Assembly (NCBI GenBank): GCA_038888155.1 | Contig: JAWAJB010000001.1 | Span: 384,001 to 448,000, forward strand | Direction of reading: 5' to 3' | Origin: Desulfurococcaceae archaeon | GTDB lineage: Archaea; Thermoproteota; Thermoprotei_A; Sulfolobales; Desulfurococcaceae | Length of the DNA stretch: 64,000 bases | Made by a program: the position numbers and the translations under genes | Part shown: in pieces, positions 1-10,355 of the stretch | How the letters are laid out: every line of letters begins with the position of its first letter | How positions within the stretch are numbered: position 1 is the stretch's first letter | The notes under the pieces: generated by a model | Seen by the model: the letters and a program-made list of their open reading frames with translations, nothing else | Told to the model about the DNA's origin: nothing | The model's database searches: none

Positions 1-1548
1 TTAAAGCAAAGGGTCAACAGGCTGTTGAGTAAGGCTGAGGAGATCTGCAGGGACCTATCCAAGGATGTTATACCTACATCTCTACTCAGAGATATCGAGT
101 TCACGCTATGCGAGTTAGCGTGGAAAAAGCACTTGAAGCTAGATCCGCTAAAATACGCCAAGAGGCTTAGCGCGCTACTTAGAGAGGCTCCAAGCAAAAA
201 GGCCCTTAGGGAGCAGCACGCTGGGTTAGTTGAAGTTGCAAACGAGGTAGAAGAAATTAAGAAGGTACTGCGTGAATACAGGGACTTCCTCAGCGCAGAA
301 AGGGCGCTCTCTACACATTACCCTGATCTCTACAATGCGCTTAGATCAGCAGTTACTGACTATAGGAAAGTAGAAGAGGATATAAGGAAGATTATGCTCA
401 GTGCCGAAAGAGGCGAACCAGAAACAATTGCTGTGTTTAGGAGGGTTGCCGAGAGCGTTATAGAGGGGTTTAAGCAAACGCTCAGCGATCTAGGCATAGA
501 GTTCAACGGCTTTGACTTTGAGTCAAGTAGGGAAATTCTCGGAACTACATACGAGGTTGTCAGCGCCCTAGCTAAGACTAAGTACGCGAGAACTGTTGAA
601 GGGGGAGCACTCGAGGTAGACCTTAACGGTGCTGCGCAGGAGAACGAGTACATTAAGGGCTTATTCTACCCAGATCAGGCTGGGAGGTTTATAATTCAGA
701 GAAGCGACGGAACTACGCTGTATGTAACTAGGGATATTGCCTACACGCTGTACAAGTTCAAGAAGCTAGGTGTGCAGAGAGTCTACAACGTTATTGCAGT
801 TGAGCAAACGCGCGAGCAAAAGCAGCTGAAGGCAGTTTTATACCTCCTAGGTTTTACTGAGGAGGCGCGGAACCTGAACCACTTTTCCTATGAGATGGTC
901 CACCTCAAAGGGATGAGAATGAGCGGTAGGCGCGGCAGATACTACTCGCTTGACGAAATGCTCCTTGACTCCGAGGTAAAGAACCTCCAGAAGCTGTCTG
1001 AAAGAGAGGGGAACAAGGGCATTGAACAACTGAGGTATATCGCTAGGAGCATCGCAGTGTCTAACGTGAGGGCTCTCTTGCTGTCCGTTGACCCCAATAA
1101 AGTATTAGTATTTGATCCAAAGAAAATAGAGGAGTCAGAGTACGGCGCCATGATTGAGTACGCGTTTGTTAGAGCGCAGGGGGTTCTCAGGAATCTCTGG
1201 AGAGTTGAGTTCCTAGAAAGCCCAGAACAAGTGTTTAGCAAGCTAGGCGAGCTAGCTAAGTCAGGCACAAAGCTGAATCTCAGCCCCGAGGAGAAGAGGA
1301 TTGTCGAGCTCTTACTGAAATTTGAGAACACGCTATTAGAGGCATACAGAGAGATGAAGCCCAATAGGGTCTTAGAGTACGCCGTTGAGCTCTCAACGGA
1401 GTTTAATAGGTTCTACGAGAAGTACCCCATTATTAGTGAAAGCGACACAAGCGCGAAGAGCGCAAGAATATTGATTACTACATTAGCGCTGATAATTCTC
1501 TCCGAGCTAATGGACATTATCGGCCTGCCCAAGCTAAAGAGAATGTAG
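1..1548 (+). CDS. argS: Arginine--tRNA ligase (5' part outside the window)
   Basis: Frame is open from base 1; RSDGTTLYVTRDIAY, KMSKS-like MSGRRG, and C-terminal DALR-type anticodon domain ending PKLKRM. Confidence 0.95.
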   Translation, partial: LKQRVNRLLSKAEEICRDLSKDVIPTSLLRDIEFTLCELAWKKHLKLDPLKYAKRLSALLREAPSKKALREQHAGLVEVANEVEEIKKVLREYRDFLSAERALSTHYPDLYNALRSAVTDYRKVEEDIRKIMLSAERGEPETIAVFRRVAESVIEGFKQTLSDLGIEFNGFDFESSREILGTTYEVVSALAKTKYARTVEGGALEVDLNGAAQENEYIKGLFYPDQAGRFIIQRSDGTTLYVTRDIAYTLYKFKKLGVQRVYNVIAVEQTREQKQLKAVLYLLGFTEEARNLNHFSYEMVHLKGMRMSGRRGRYYSLDEMLLDSEVKNLQKLSEREGNKGIEQLRYIARSIAVSNVRALLLSVDPNKVLVFDPKKIEESEYGAMIEYAFVRAQGVLRNLWRVEFLESPEQVFSKLGELAKSGTKLNLSPEEKRIVELLLKFENTLLEAYREMKPNRVLEYAVELSTEFNRFYEKYPIISESDTSAKSARILITTLALIILSELMDIIGLPKLKRM

Positions 1549-1556
1549 CTCGGTGC

Positions 1557-2435
1557 GTGATGGGCAGCAGATTAATTCGCTTGTTAAAGCTATTAGCGAT
1601 TTCGTCTATAATTTGGGCCTCAATAAGCTCGGCCAGTATATTAGTGCTCCTCTCCGGCGCCCCAGCAGAGGTTTGCGCCTTCTGGCGGCTCGCGCTCTCA
1701 ATCCCCCTAATTTACATCTTGGGCGTTTTTAGGGGAGAGTCTGTCCTCCGTAGAGCTAAGCGCCACCACTTAGTGTCTGGCGTAGCTCTAGGATTGCACT
1801 TTATCATGTGGATGAGTAGCCTGTTTCTACTACCTGTCTACTTTAGTACTCTCCTCGTAACTATATACCCGCTTTACTCGCTGATATTAGACGTCATTGT
1901 ATTTCGCAGGAGGCTCTCGATAAGTCAGGCACTAGGATTAGTCATTTGCGCGTGCTTACTTGTGATTTACTTAGAGAAGTATGAGATGATCTTTTGTGAG
2001 GGGACGCTGCTCGCCGCTGCCGCTGGACTGGCGGCAGCTGTGTACTTCGAAGTGGGGAGCTACGCTAGGTTTAAGCTAGGGGAACCTACAACTAGCTACG
2101 CGTTTAATACCTACCTCGTAGCATCGCTGTCCGTAATGCTGTACGCGCTAATTAGAGGAGTGAATCCCGTGGGCTACGCGCCCATATCATACTTCTACTT
2201 TGTGCTAATGGCAGCCGTACCTATGGTACTTGGGCACACGCTAATGAACTACTTATTGGGGTATCTACCTGCGCCCCTAGTTACTGCTATTAGCTACGGC
2301 GAGCCATTTGGAGCGGGCTTACTCGCGCACTTCATTCTTGGACAAGACCTAGGGGCTATCAAAGTGCTCTTAGGGCTAACAATTATAGCTACTGCTTTTA
2401 TCACAATTACAGGGTTCGGGAAAGGGGATAGCTAA
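1557..2435 (+). CDS. DMT/EamA family transporter
   Basis: About 10 hydrophobic segments; AFWRL, GHTLMNY and GEPFGA motifs typical of EamA repeats. Confidence 0.85.
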   Translation: MMGSRLIRLLKLLAISSIIWASISSASILVLLSGAPAEVCAFWRLALSIPLIYILGVFRGESVLRRAKRHHLVSGVALGLHFIMWMSSLFLLPVYFSTLLVTIYPLYSLILDVIVFRRRLSISQALGLVICACLLVIYLEKYEMIFCEGTLLAAAAGLAAAVYFEVGSYARFKLGEPTTSYAFNTYLVASLSVMLYALIRGVNPVGYAPISYFYFVLMAAVPMVLGHTLMNYLLGYLPAPLVTAISYGEPFGAGLLAHFILGQDLGAIKVLLGLTIIATAFITITGFGKGDS

Positions 2436-3686
2436 GTGAGAGAGCGCGATTTTTTCAAGGGCTTTATAAGTGTAGATGAAGCTGTCAGGCTTATTGCTGA
2501 GCAACTCTCCTCAACAGTCGTCAACCTAGATGTAGAGAAAGTAGACATACTCAACGCTGTTAATAGAGTACTTGCCGAGGATATTTACGCTGCGAACGAC
2601 AGGCCGAGGGAAAACATCAGCGCAGTTGACGGCTACGCAGTTAGATCTGTAGACACTACAGGCGCTTCGCACTACAGTCCTGTAGAGCTAATCTCAAGGA
2701 GCTCCTCAAAGGCCAGCGGGAATTTAGGGCTGTGCCTCGAGCCCGGAGAAGCTGCTCGAGTGCGCACGGGGGCACCAGTGCCGTGCGGAGCAGATGCTGT
2801 CTTAATGGACGAGGATGTCCAAGTGGATGGGGATAGAGTCTTAGCCCATAAAGTTGCAGCCCCGGGCATGAACATCATATTGAAGTCAGAGGACTTTAAG
2901 AGAGGAGATCGCATCGCTCAAAAGGGAGCGCTGATCGGCCCAGCACTCGTGGCATCTATAGCTGCAAACGGCGTTAAATACGTCAAGGTTTTCAGGAAGA
3001 TCAAGGTAAACGTCCTAGCTGTAGGGGATGAGCTAGTAGAGCCCGGCGATGAGCTCGCCGAAGGCAGGGAGTACAACTCATCGGCCTACATCATTCAATC
3101 TGCCTTAGTAAAGGACAGCATATTTGAGCCAATGTATTCAGGCATTGTAGCAGATGATGTCCTAGAAATTGAAGAGGCCTTGCTGAAGGGGTTTTCGAGA
3201 GGAGCTGATCTAGCCATAACAGTGGGCGGGACAGGCGTTGGGGAGTCCGATGTTACAATTAAATTGATGGAGGGCAGGGGTAAGCTTGTTTTTAGGGGCG
3301 TAAAAATGCGCCCAGGCAGGCGAACCGGCCTATCCCTCCTTGGTAGCCGAGTTGTTCTAAGCTGTTCTGGCTTTCCCGTAGCGGCGTGGGCTGGATACGA
3401 GTTGCTCCTTAGACCGGCCATTTCAAGGTGGTTAGGTGTGAGAGGGCTCGAGAGAGCTTATATCTACGCCGTCCTCACTAGGAGGGTACCAAATGTAGTA
3501 GGCTATAAATCCATTGTGAGAGCTACCGTGAAGGATACAGGGGGAGATCTCTACGTGGAGCCATATATGCTTAGGGGGAGCGGCTCGCTCTCGAGCCTCC
3601 TATATTCTAACGGCTACATATTAATACCTGAAAACGTAGAGGGTTTTGAGAAAGGCTCAAAAATACCGGTTTACCTTTATGACTAA
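2436..3686 (+). CDS. moeA: Molybdopterin molybdotransferase MoeA
   Basis: RVLAEDI, SAVDGYAV, TGAPVPCGADAV, GDEL, GGTGVG, MRPGR and GFPVAA motifs. Confidence 0.95.
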   Translation: MRERDFFKGFISVDEAVRLIAEQLSSTVVNLDVEKVDILNAVNRVLAEDIYAANDRPRENISAVDGYAVRSVDTTGASHYSPVELISRSSSKASGNLGLCLEPGEAARVRTGAPVPCGADAVLMDEDVQVDGDRVLAHKVAAPGMNIILKSEDFKRGDRIAQKGALIGPALVASIAANGVKYVKVFRKIKVNVLAVGDELVEPGDELAEGREYNSSAYIIQSALVKDSIFEPMYSGIVADDVLEIEEALLKGFSRGADLAITVGGTGVGESDVTIKLMEGRGKLVFRGVKMRPGRRTGLSLLGSRVVLSCSGFPVAAWAGYELLLRPAISRWLGVRGLERAYIYAVLTRRVPNVVGYKSIVRATVKDTGGDLYVEPYMLRGSGSLSSLLYSNGYILIPENVEGFEKGSKIPVYLYD

Positions 3687-3732
3687 TGTACAAGTACGTT
3701 GAGTGAGATAGCATTAGTAGTGGTGAGACTAG

Positions 3733-4722
3733 TTGCACCTCTCCGAGCTCAAGGAAGAAGATGTAGTAACTCTCTTAGCTGATATATTCGTGTCAACTCC
3801 TGGGAGCGGGGAACACTTAAGGCATCCCGATGACGCGCGCGACATATTACCTAAAGCTCCCCGAATACTTTTCTCCCTAGATGCCTATACCGTTAGGTCG
3901 CTTAAGTTGCCCTGGAGAGCGCTCTCCGATGTTGGTTGGGCTGCTGTTACAGGCGCTATTAGCGATGTGGTATCCAAGGGCGGCATACCCTATGCCTGCA
4001 TGATTGGTCTAGGGTTGCCCCCTGCAATGGAGGTAGAAGAGCTAAAGGATTTTGCCAATGGTTTGAAGGAAGCCTCTGAGCACTACGGCGTTAAGATACT
4101 TGGCGGGGACACTAACGAGAGCTTAGAGGCCTGGATCTCTGTCGGCGTAATTGGGTTTACGCCGGCGAAAGTCCCCCCTAGTAGAAAGGGCTTGAAGCCC
4201 GGAGACGCTGTAATAGTCACTGGCTTGTACGGAGCAATGGGGTACGTTGTTAGACACGGCATAGAGCAGTCGAGCTCTATTCCCTGGGTGGTCGAGCACA
4301 CGAAGAGGCCGAGAACAAGAGTTGAAGTAGGCTACGTTATCGGCAACAACTTTAGGTCGATAAGCGCTAGCATGGATGTCAGCGACGGTCTAGGGTTCAC
4401 TCTCGAGACCCTTAGCGGTTTAAGCGGCTTCGGCGTTAAATTAAAAAACGCTCCCTGTGTACCGCAGGAGCTCGCAGAGCTTTGCCGCAGCGATATTAAG
4501 TGCTTGCTCGACTACACGCTCATAGGCGGCGAGGAGTACGGAGTAGTTATGGGGGCGAGCCAGCAGGGGCTTAAAGGAGTTGTTAGAGAGCTAGAGTACT
4601 ACGACGTGCCGTACTCTATAATCGGGGAAGTCGTTGAAGCCCAAAGCGGGATGTACTTCAACAACGAGAGAGTTGTTGCTGGGAGGTACGATCAGTTCAG
4701 CGGGTGGAGGCAGAGCAGCTAA
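3733..4722 (+). CDS. thiL: Thiamine-monophosphate kinase
   Basis: PDDA, SDVVSKGG, GGDTN, MDVSDGL and GGEEY motifs of the ThiL/AIR-synthase fold. Confidence 0.9.
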   Translation: MHLSELKEEDVVTLLADIFVSTPGSGEHLRHPDDARDILPKAPRILFSLDAYTVRSLKLPWRALSDVGWAAVTGAISDVVSKGGIPYACMIGLGLPPAMEVEELKDFANGLKEASEHYGVKILGGDTNESLEAWISVGVIGFTPAKVPPSRKGLKPGDAVIVTGLYGAMGYVVRHGIEQSSSIPWVVEHTKRPRTRVEVGYVIGNNFRSISASMDVSDGLGFTLETLSGLSGFGVKLKNAPCVPQELAELCRSDIKCLLDYTLIGGEEYGVVMGASQQGLKGVVRELEYYDVPYSIIGEVVEAQSGMYFNNERVVAGRYDQFSGWRQSS

Positions 4723-4767
4723 AGGCATGTAGATGTCCTGTTTTTAATATAGGATCTCGCGGACTAA

Positions 4768-5982
4768 TTGGCAGGTGCTGAGGTAGTGTTGGGCTTAATT
4801 ATGTTGTCGATTGCAGTGGCGATCACCAACATATCTGATATTTTGACGGACATTTTAGCAATAGCTGTAGCGAGAATAAGCGCTGTTGAACTTGGGCTGT
4901 TCAACTCGCTAGGCTACCTAGCCTATATTGTCTCCATGTACATTGGGAGCAATTTATCTGATCGAGGCATTATAAAGGTACAACTAATAGCTGTTCTAGC
5001 CTTACTGACTATGTACAACATCTTAATTCACTCCTTTATTAGCACGGCGAGCGTTCTGATCCTAGCCTTGACTTACTTACTATATGGATCCGCTCAAGCC
5101 ACTATAAGGACAGCTACGTATGCATACGTACACGAGTCGTACACAAGTAGCGCATGGAAGAGCGTTCTACTACAGAGGTCGTTGATGACCATTCTCTGCG
5201 AGGCATTTATGCTTATTTCAATATCGGCTATCGGGGTGGAAAGAGTTATAGGCAACATTTTTTACTTCTCGGCAATTTCCCTGCTAGTAGCGGGCTTTAC
5301 GGCGTTGCTCGTAAGGGAGCCAGCAGTCAAGTTCGAGAGAGCGCTCTATAGAATAGACTTAGGAGTTCGCCGCATTGAGGATATTGTGAACAACATATCA
5401 GTCTACACTCTGCTGAGTAGCTCACCAAATGCCCCATCGATTTACAAAGCTAGCTTGAGGTCCAAGCTCGCTCGTAAGGCAACTAGCCTATCGGCAGTTA
5501 TTTTCGCGCTAATTGGCTTTAAAGTAGCTAACTCTATGACCTTAACGCCTGTCCCTATATACTTTAACAATATGCTAGGCCTCTCGCTGAGCGCAGTCCT
5601 CGGAATTTACGGCGTAGCTAGGTTTGTGCCCCTTGTGAGCTTACTCCCGATCAAAGGCTCCTCGAAATTTCTGCCGTTCTTGTTTGTAGCTAGGGCACTT
5701 GTGCCCTTTTTATTGCTCGCGCCTGGCATTAACGGGTTATTCGTAGGAATTCTACTTGGTTTTATGTACTACTTAAATAACGAAATAGACGTATCCCTTT
5801 ACTCCCTTTACATGGAGTGCAGAGGGCGCGCTGAAACTACAGTTTACTTGCTATTTGGAGAAACTGCTGGCCTTTTGGGAACAGCGCTGTCGGGCTCGAT
5901 ATATTACTCTCTGGGGTACAACTCAATTATTGCTATAGCTTTGTTAATGTACATAGTAGGCGCTGTCCTGACAAAGGAGTAG
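4768..5982 (+). CDS. Multi-pass membrane protein, MFS-like
   Basis: About 12 hydrophobic segments in two halves; GSNLSDRG resembles MFS motif A. Confidence 0.6.
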   Translation: MAGAEVVLGLIMLSIAVAITNISDILTDILAIAVARISAVELGLFNSLGYLAYIVSMYIGSNLSDRGIIKVQLIAVLALLTMYNILIHSFISTASVLILALTYLLYGSAQATIRTATYAYVHESYTSSAWKSVLLQRSLMTILCEAFMLISISAIGVERVIGNIFYFSAISLLVAGFTALLVREPAVKFERALYRIDLGVRRIEDIVNNISVYTLLSSSPNAPSIYKASLRSKLARKATSLSAVIFALIGFKVANSMTLTPVPIYFNNMLGLSLSAVLGIYGVARFVPLVSLLPIKGSSKFLPFLFVARALVPFLLLAPGINGLFVGILLGFMYYLNNEIDVSLYSLYMECRGRAETTVYLLFGETAGLLGTALSGSIYYSLGYNSIIAIALLMYIVGAVLTKE

Positions 5983-5986
5983 AGGA

Positions 5987-6052
5987 TCGGTGCCCGCTGT
6001 CTACTCTTTCCATTCATCAAGTAATCTCTATCTCCCGGGTTCCTCCTCATCT
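5987..6052 (-). ncRNA. Candidate C/D box sRNA overlapping the stop codon of the upstream gene
   Basis: Minus strand ATGAGGA (C box, contains the TGA stop), 13-nt guide, TAGA (D'), TTGATGA (C'), guide, TAGA or CCGA (D); first guide is complementary to the tRNA T-arm sequence TCCCGGGTTC. Confidence 0.4.
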
Positions 6053-6739
6053 CCTTAGTAAGTGTTTCTTGAAGAGAGATTTAAATTTAACTAGTGGGTT
6101 AATAACAGCAACTTTGAAACAAAAATCAAGTATGTGTGTTAGCGCTTTTAGTAAGCCTTTTTCTCTGTATATCTTCCCTGCATCATTCCAGTCTATTTTG
6201 TTGAGGAGCCAAGTTATTATCAGGCTTAGCGCTATCATTGAGGGTATGCTCATTATAGGGGGGAGGCCCATGACGCCCTCGAGTATGTAGGCTGCTGCTC
6301 TCCCGTATATGGCTGTAATGGCCGTCACAACTATTTTGCCCAATAGAAGGGCCACGAAGAATAGGGGTATATTGTATTTGGAGATCCCAATAGGTATATA
6401 GAATACATCGTCGGGTATAGGTAGGGCAGCGACTAGGAATACTGTTAAGAAAGTAGCTTTTTTAAACATGTGCGTAAAATTCACTAAGTTATGAATAGAT
6501 CTGCTCACTCTACCTATCTTTGAAATAGATCTCGCAATAACGTACACTATTAACTTGCCGAGGCTTGCGCCCAGCGCTAATACCAGTATTGCGTAGATCT
6601 GCTCCATGCCGTGCTGCTTAGCTAGTATAGGAGCTAGAAAGACCAAGTAAGGGACAGTGGAAAATGGTACAGCGTTGGATACAAACGCTATTAGCAGCAA
6701 CCCAAGGTAGCCAAGTCCTCCAAGTTCTTTAATTAACAT
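6047..6739 (-). CDS. DedA/VTT-domain membrane protein
   Basis: NAVPFSTVPY, GASLGK, ALPIPDD and LLGKIV motifs. Confidence 0.85.
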   Translation of the reverse strand: MLIKELGGLGYLGLLLIAFVSNAVPFSTVPYLVFLAPILAKQHGMEQIYAILVLALGASLGKLIVYVIARSISKIGRVSRSIHNLVNFTHMFKKATFLTVFLVAALPIPDDVFYIPIGISKYNIPLFFVALLLGKIVVTAITAIYGRAAAYILEGVMGLPPIMSIPSMIALSLIITWLLNKIDWNDAGKIYREKGLLKALTHILDFCFKVAVINPLVKFKSLFKKHLLRR

Positions 6740-6826
6740 CGCTGAGCACCGGACCGCAATCGATTATCACGAGCTGAATATTTAACATAAAAATTAACTC
6801 GGCGCTAATTATATAGTTTTAGGAAC

Positions 6827-7846
6827 CTATGTTGACTGCAAAGATTTAGCTATACTGCTATCCACTTTAGCTGCCTCGTACACCTTCTTCTCAAGTTCGG
6901 GCTGAAGGAGGCCTAGTTTCATTTTGAACATGCAGGCTTTACATACAGCGTGAGAAGATGGGTTGCCACAAATAGTGCACTTCAAGTATTCCTTCTCAGG
7001 TAGCTTGCTCCAGCACTGCATTGTAAACAGCTCAAGTAGGTTTTTAAGCAAGCCGTGTTTAGAGCCGGGGTATTTATCCTCGAGTTCATTTATCATCCTC
7101 CTAATTACGAACCTCATGTTGTACTTTACGTATGGGCACTGGGCGAACTCTAGTTGCACAAGGTTGTTCAGGATAGCATAGAGAGCTGTCTCTTTCTCTG
7201 GTAGCTCGTAGAAAGGCTTTATCCTCTTAACTATTAGTTCATCATTCGAGCACCTAACAGGGGTGAGCGCGATTATCCTTTCCCAGCTGTTGTTTACGAG
7301 GTTCATTAAGTACGTTTGCACAACGTCGTCCATGTTGTGCGCAGTAGCTATTACTGTAGCGCTTACTTCTCTCGCGACAGCGTTAAGCACGTGCCTCCTG
7401 AAAACACCGCAGTAGCTACAGGGCATGTAGGGCAATCCCTTCTCAAAGCTTTCCTTTACTATTTCATCGAGTGTTTTACCAATGTAGTTCTTAAAGCTAG
7501 CTATAATGTATCTCACTCCATGCCTGCTGGCATAGCTTATCAAGTTGGGAATGGTTTTCTCTCTATACCCAGCTATGCCTTCATCCACGAGGACTGCTGT
7601 TATTTCGAGCTTAGGCAACTTGCTCTTAAACTTCTGGAAAAAGTGTAGAAGCGCCATTGAGTCCTTACCGCCGCTAACGGCCACAATTATGTGCTCGCTT
7701 TCGCCTATCATTTTATACTTCCTAATGGCCTTGCGCACTTTGCGCTCAAAGTGCTCAATGAAGTGTTGCCTGCAGTAGGCTAGGCCGCTTACCTTATTGA
7801 TGTATATAGCTGGTTTATTGCAGCTACTGCACTTGGCCATAGTCAA
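6827..7846 (-). CDS. tRNA 2-thiolation protein TtuA/Ncs6 (TIGR00269-like)
   Basis: N-terminal CxxC...CxxH Zn finger, PP-loop SGGKDS, CSYCGVFRR, ATAHNMDD, CPY, C-terminal CxxC...CxxC. Confidence 0.9.
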   Translation of the reverse strand: MTMAKCSSCNKPAIYINKVSGLAYCRQHFIEHFERKVRKAIRKYKMIGESEHIIVAVSGGKDSMALLHFFQKFKSKLPKLEITAVLVDEGIAGYREKTIPNLISYASRHGVRYIIASFKNYIGKTLDEIVKESFEKGLPYMPCSYCGVFRRHVLNAVAREVSATVIATAHNMDDVVQTYLMNLVNNSWERIIALTPVRCSNDELIVKRIKPFYELPEKETALYAILNNLVQLEFAQCPYVKYNMRFVIRRMINELEDKYPGSKHGLLKNLLELFTMQCWSKLPEKEYLKCTICGNPSSHAVCKACMFKMKLGLLQPELEKKVYEAAKVDSSIAKSLQST

Positions 7847-7931
7847 AAGCCCTTAGTTTGAAGTGCTCGCATCCCTCAATTAGGTATTTTTTATAGTGGA
7901 AGCTCTTATTATACTGGTCACGGGGGAATAG

Positions 7932-8627
7932 GTGAAATTAGTAGCCATAAGCGACATCCATGGAAGGGCCCTCAACTTAGATAGGTTGAGCCGCAAGCTT
8001 GAAGAAACTGGGTTCAAGCCTGATGTAGTCTTAGTGGCTGGAGATATAACGCACTTCAAGGATTTTCAGGTTGCACGCGGGCTTCTGAGGAAAATAAAGG
8101 AGAGCGTTGGCTGCCGCGTTTTGTTCGTTCCCGGGAATTGCGATTCCCCCGAGCTCTTAGAGGTAGAGGAGCTAGATGAAGGAGTTATCAATATTCACTC
8201 GAGAAGCGCCGTTATTAATGGGTACGTGTTCTACGGGATAGGCGGGGGAGGCATAAGCCCTTTTCACACCCTCATAGAGTTTAGTGAGGAGGCCTTTAGG
8301 GATTTCCTAGAGAGGGCTGAAGCTCTCGTTAAAGGCGGGGAGCTAATATTGGTTACTCATCAGCCTATACGCGGTTTCTTTGATGACGTCGATGGAGGAA
8401 TAGGGTCTAAAGTTTTTGCCGAATACCTCAAGAGGCTGGAGCCCTTAGTGTGGGTAACTGGGCACGTCCACGAGAATAGCGGGTGGGCACGCTTAAACAA
8501 GACAACAGTTGTGCATCCAGGGCCCTTAACGCATGGGCTCTACGCAAGCCTTGAGGTATCTGGCAGCAGCGTTGTGCACGTCAGCGTTAAAAGCATAAGC
8601 GATCAGCCTAGCTGGAGTTCCTCCTAA
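7932..8627 (+). CDS. Calcineurin-like metallophosphoesterase
   Basis: SDIHG, AGDIT, PGNCD, VTHQP and GHVHE motifs. Confidence 0.9.
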   Translation: MKLVAISDIHGRALNLDRLSRKLEETGFKPDVVLVAGDITHFKDFQVARGLLRKIKESVGCRVLFVPGNCDSPELLEVEELDEGVINIHSRSAVINGYVFYGIGGGGISPFHTLIEFSEEAFRDFLERAEALVKGGELILVTHQPIRGFFDDVDGGIGSKVFAEYLKRLEPLVWVTGHVHENSGWARLNKTTVVHPGPLTHGLYASLEVSGSSVVHVSVKSISDQPSWSSS

Positions 8628-9903
8628 TAATTAACGCTATCGTAGTCGCTACTGTTATTGCTAAGAGCAGTATGTTCCTCGTCAATGCCATTAGCTGGGT
8701 AATGGATCCAAACAACCAGGGGCTGCCGCCGCTAATTAGCTCGCGAAAGAACTCAACTATTAGCGCTGCATTGAAAAGATCGGCAGCTCCGTATAGCGCT
8801 AAGAGGGGGTTGTCTAGCCCTATAGCAGCTAGCGGAGTTAATAGCAACATCATCTGGGGCGAGAAGACGTAATTGAGCACTACAGGTATAGATGCATATA
8901 TGTAGAGGTTAAGCGGCTCTAACTTAAATCCCCTCTTGAACGTAATAACTGTGACAAATAGTACGTAAATGCCCGCCGCGAGGAAGTAGAGCACTTTGTG
9001 TAGAGGCGACCATATATCTCTAACTGCAAGAATGTACAGGCAGTTTTCGCAATACCACGAGGCGTGGTGATTGATCATGGCTGTAAAGCCCAGGGGCGAA
9101 GCTATGTATAAAGCCAAGAAGGGAAGCACGCCTGAGAGCAAGAACCCGAGTAGGTAGCTCAACTGAGACTTCGCGCTTTTCCCTACTGTAATTATTTTCA
9201 GCAAGTAGTAGTACGCAACCCCTAAAGTGAGAAGCTTAGTTGAAAAGGATAAACCTAAGAACAGGCCTGCCTTAAAGTATTTTCTATCCCAGAAAGCCAG
9301 TATGCCGAGTAAGCACATTGCAGACGCAACAACATCCCAGTTGTAGACGAGATAGGTTATCGTTGATGGCGCTACGAACACCAGCGCGCACTTGAGGAGA
9401 CTAACCGCCCCTCTCACGTGGAGCTTGTACAGTGTGGCGCCTAGTACTATAGTGAAGCCCAGTATCATCAGGGACTGTAGATAATAGTGAGTGTTTACTG
9501 CTTCGCTGGGGTTTTCACTGTTGCTCAGCGCGATACACGTCGAAGTTGCCCACATTAGCCCAACTACGGGGGGATACTCAAATAGGTAGTCTACGTACGG
9601 CATGGGGCACTTGTTTAAACCCCTAGTGTAATCCCTATAAGATGCCTGGTTAAACCAGTAGCTAGACGCTCTGTCTCCAATGAGACGAGGGTAGAAGACG
9701 CCGTAAACTATATCGCTGTACTTAAAGCCAATGAGGTTGCCGTACGCAGGCGTAGCTGGGCTGTGAAGGTATGCAGAAGTAGCCCAAGATATTATTGATA
9801 CTGCTAAAATTGTTCCCCAAAGTTGATGTTTTTTACTAATGTGAAAAGAGGTCATACGCCTTGCCGCCCTAAGCACTGCCGATTTCGTTTGATACAAGCT
9901 CAT
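8608..9903 (-). CDS. GT-C fold membrane glycosyltransferase (GT87/DUF2029-like)
   Basis: YSDI, PYVDYLFEYPP, NWDV, GLSFSTK and VFSPQ motifs; multi-pass membrane protein. Confidence 0.75.
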   Translation of the reverse strand: MSLYQTKSAVLRAARRMTSFHISKKHQLWGTILAVSIISWATSAYLHSPATPAYGNLIGFKYSDIVYGVFYPRLIGDRASSYWFNQASYRDYTRGLNKCPMPYVDYLFEYPPVVGLMWATSTCIALSNSENPSEAVNTHYYLQSLMILGFTIVLGATLYKLHVRGAVSLLKCALVFVAPSTITYLVYNWDVVASAMCLLGILAFWDRKYFKAGLFLGLSFSTKLLTLGVAYYYLLKIITVGKSAKSQLSYLLGFLLSGVLPFLALYIASPLGFTAMINHHASWYCENCLYILAVRDIWSPLHKVLYFLAAGIYVLFVTVITFKRGFKLEPLNLYIYASIPVVLNYVFSPQMMLLLTPLAAIGLDNPLLALYGAADLFNAALIVEFFRELISGGSPWLFGSITQLMALTRNILLLAITVATTIALIIRRNSS

Positions 9904-10219
9904 GCGCCCACTCGTTATACATTATCGCAGTTAAACATATTTTGGTTCACCGCGCTTGAGTTTAGCTACGCTAAGTTCGCTTCTTCACTTACCGCTGTAT
10001 ATGCTTTGTTGCTACCTGCTAAAGTTGGCTAGAGTAGGAGGCGCAGCGCAGTAGCTAGCATATAAACTGTGGGCAAGCGCTCTATACCCATGATGCAGAA
10101 GCAACTTGGAGGAGTTTTCTCTAAGGCATCAATAGGCTTTCCCGCGATAGCAAGGCTTGATCTACCGAATGTTTGAGGGGCTATCATTAAAATTTAAAAG
10201 CCCTTCAATATATATAGAT

Positions 10220-10267
10220 ATGCCAATAAATTTGATGAGAGGGATTAAGGAGATGTTATTTAACTGA
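10220..10267 (+). other. 15-codon leader ORF MPINLMRGIKEMLFN* overlapping the upstream open frame of the asparagine synthetase-like gene
   Basis: In-frame ATGs at 10220, 10235 and 10253 (the last follows AAGGAG); TTTAAA box at 10193-10198; ends TTT AAC TGA. Confidence 0.45.
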
Positions 10268-10355
10268 GGGCGCCAACTCGACTAAAAACCATTACCTCCC
10301 CATCGACACTGCTATACTGGGGAAACTGAGCGAGAGGGTTGCAATAAGGGGCTGG

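Noticed and set aside
10029-10187. 52-codon minus-strand ORF (MIAPQTFG...)
   Set aside because: No recognisable motif or supporting coding signal
10232-10267. TTGATGA...CTGA as a C/D sRNA
   Set aside because: Only 25 nt separate the boxes and there is no convincing C' box; a K-turn in the leader cannot be excluded
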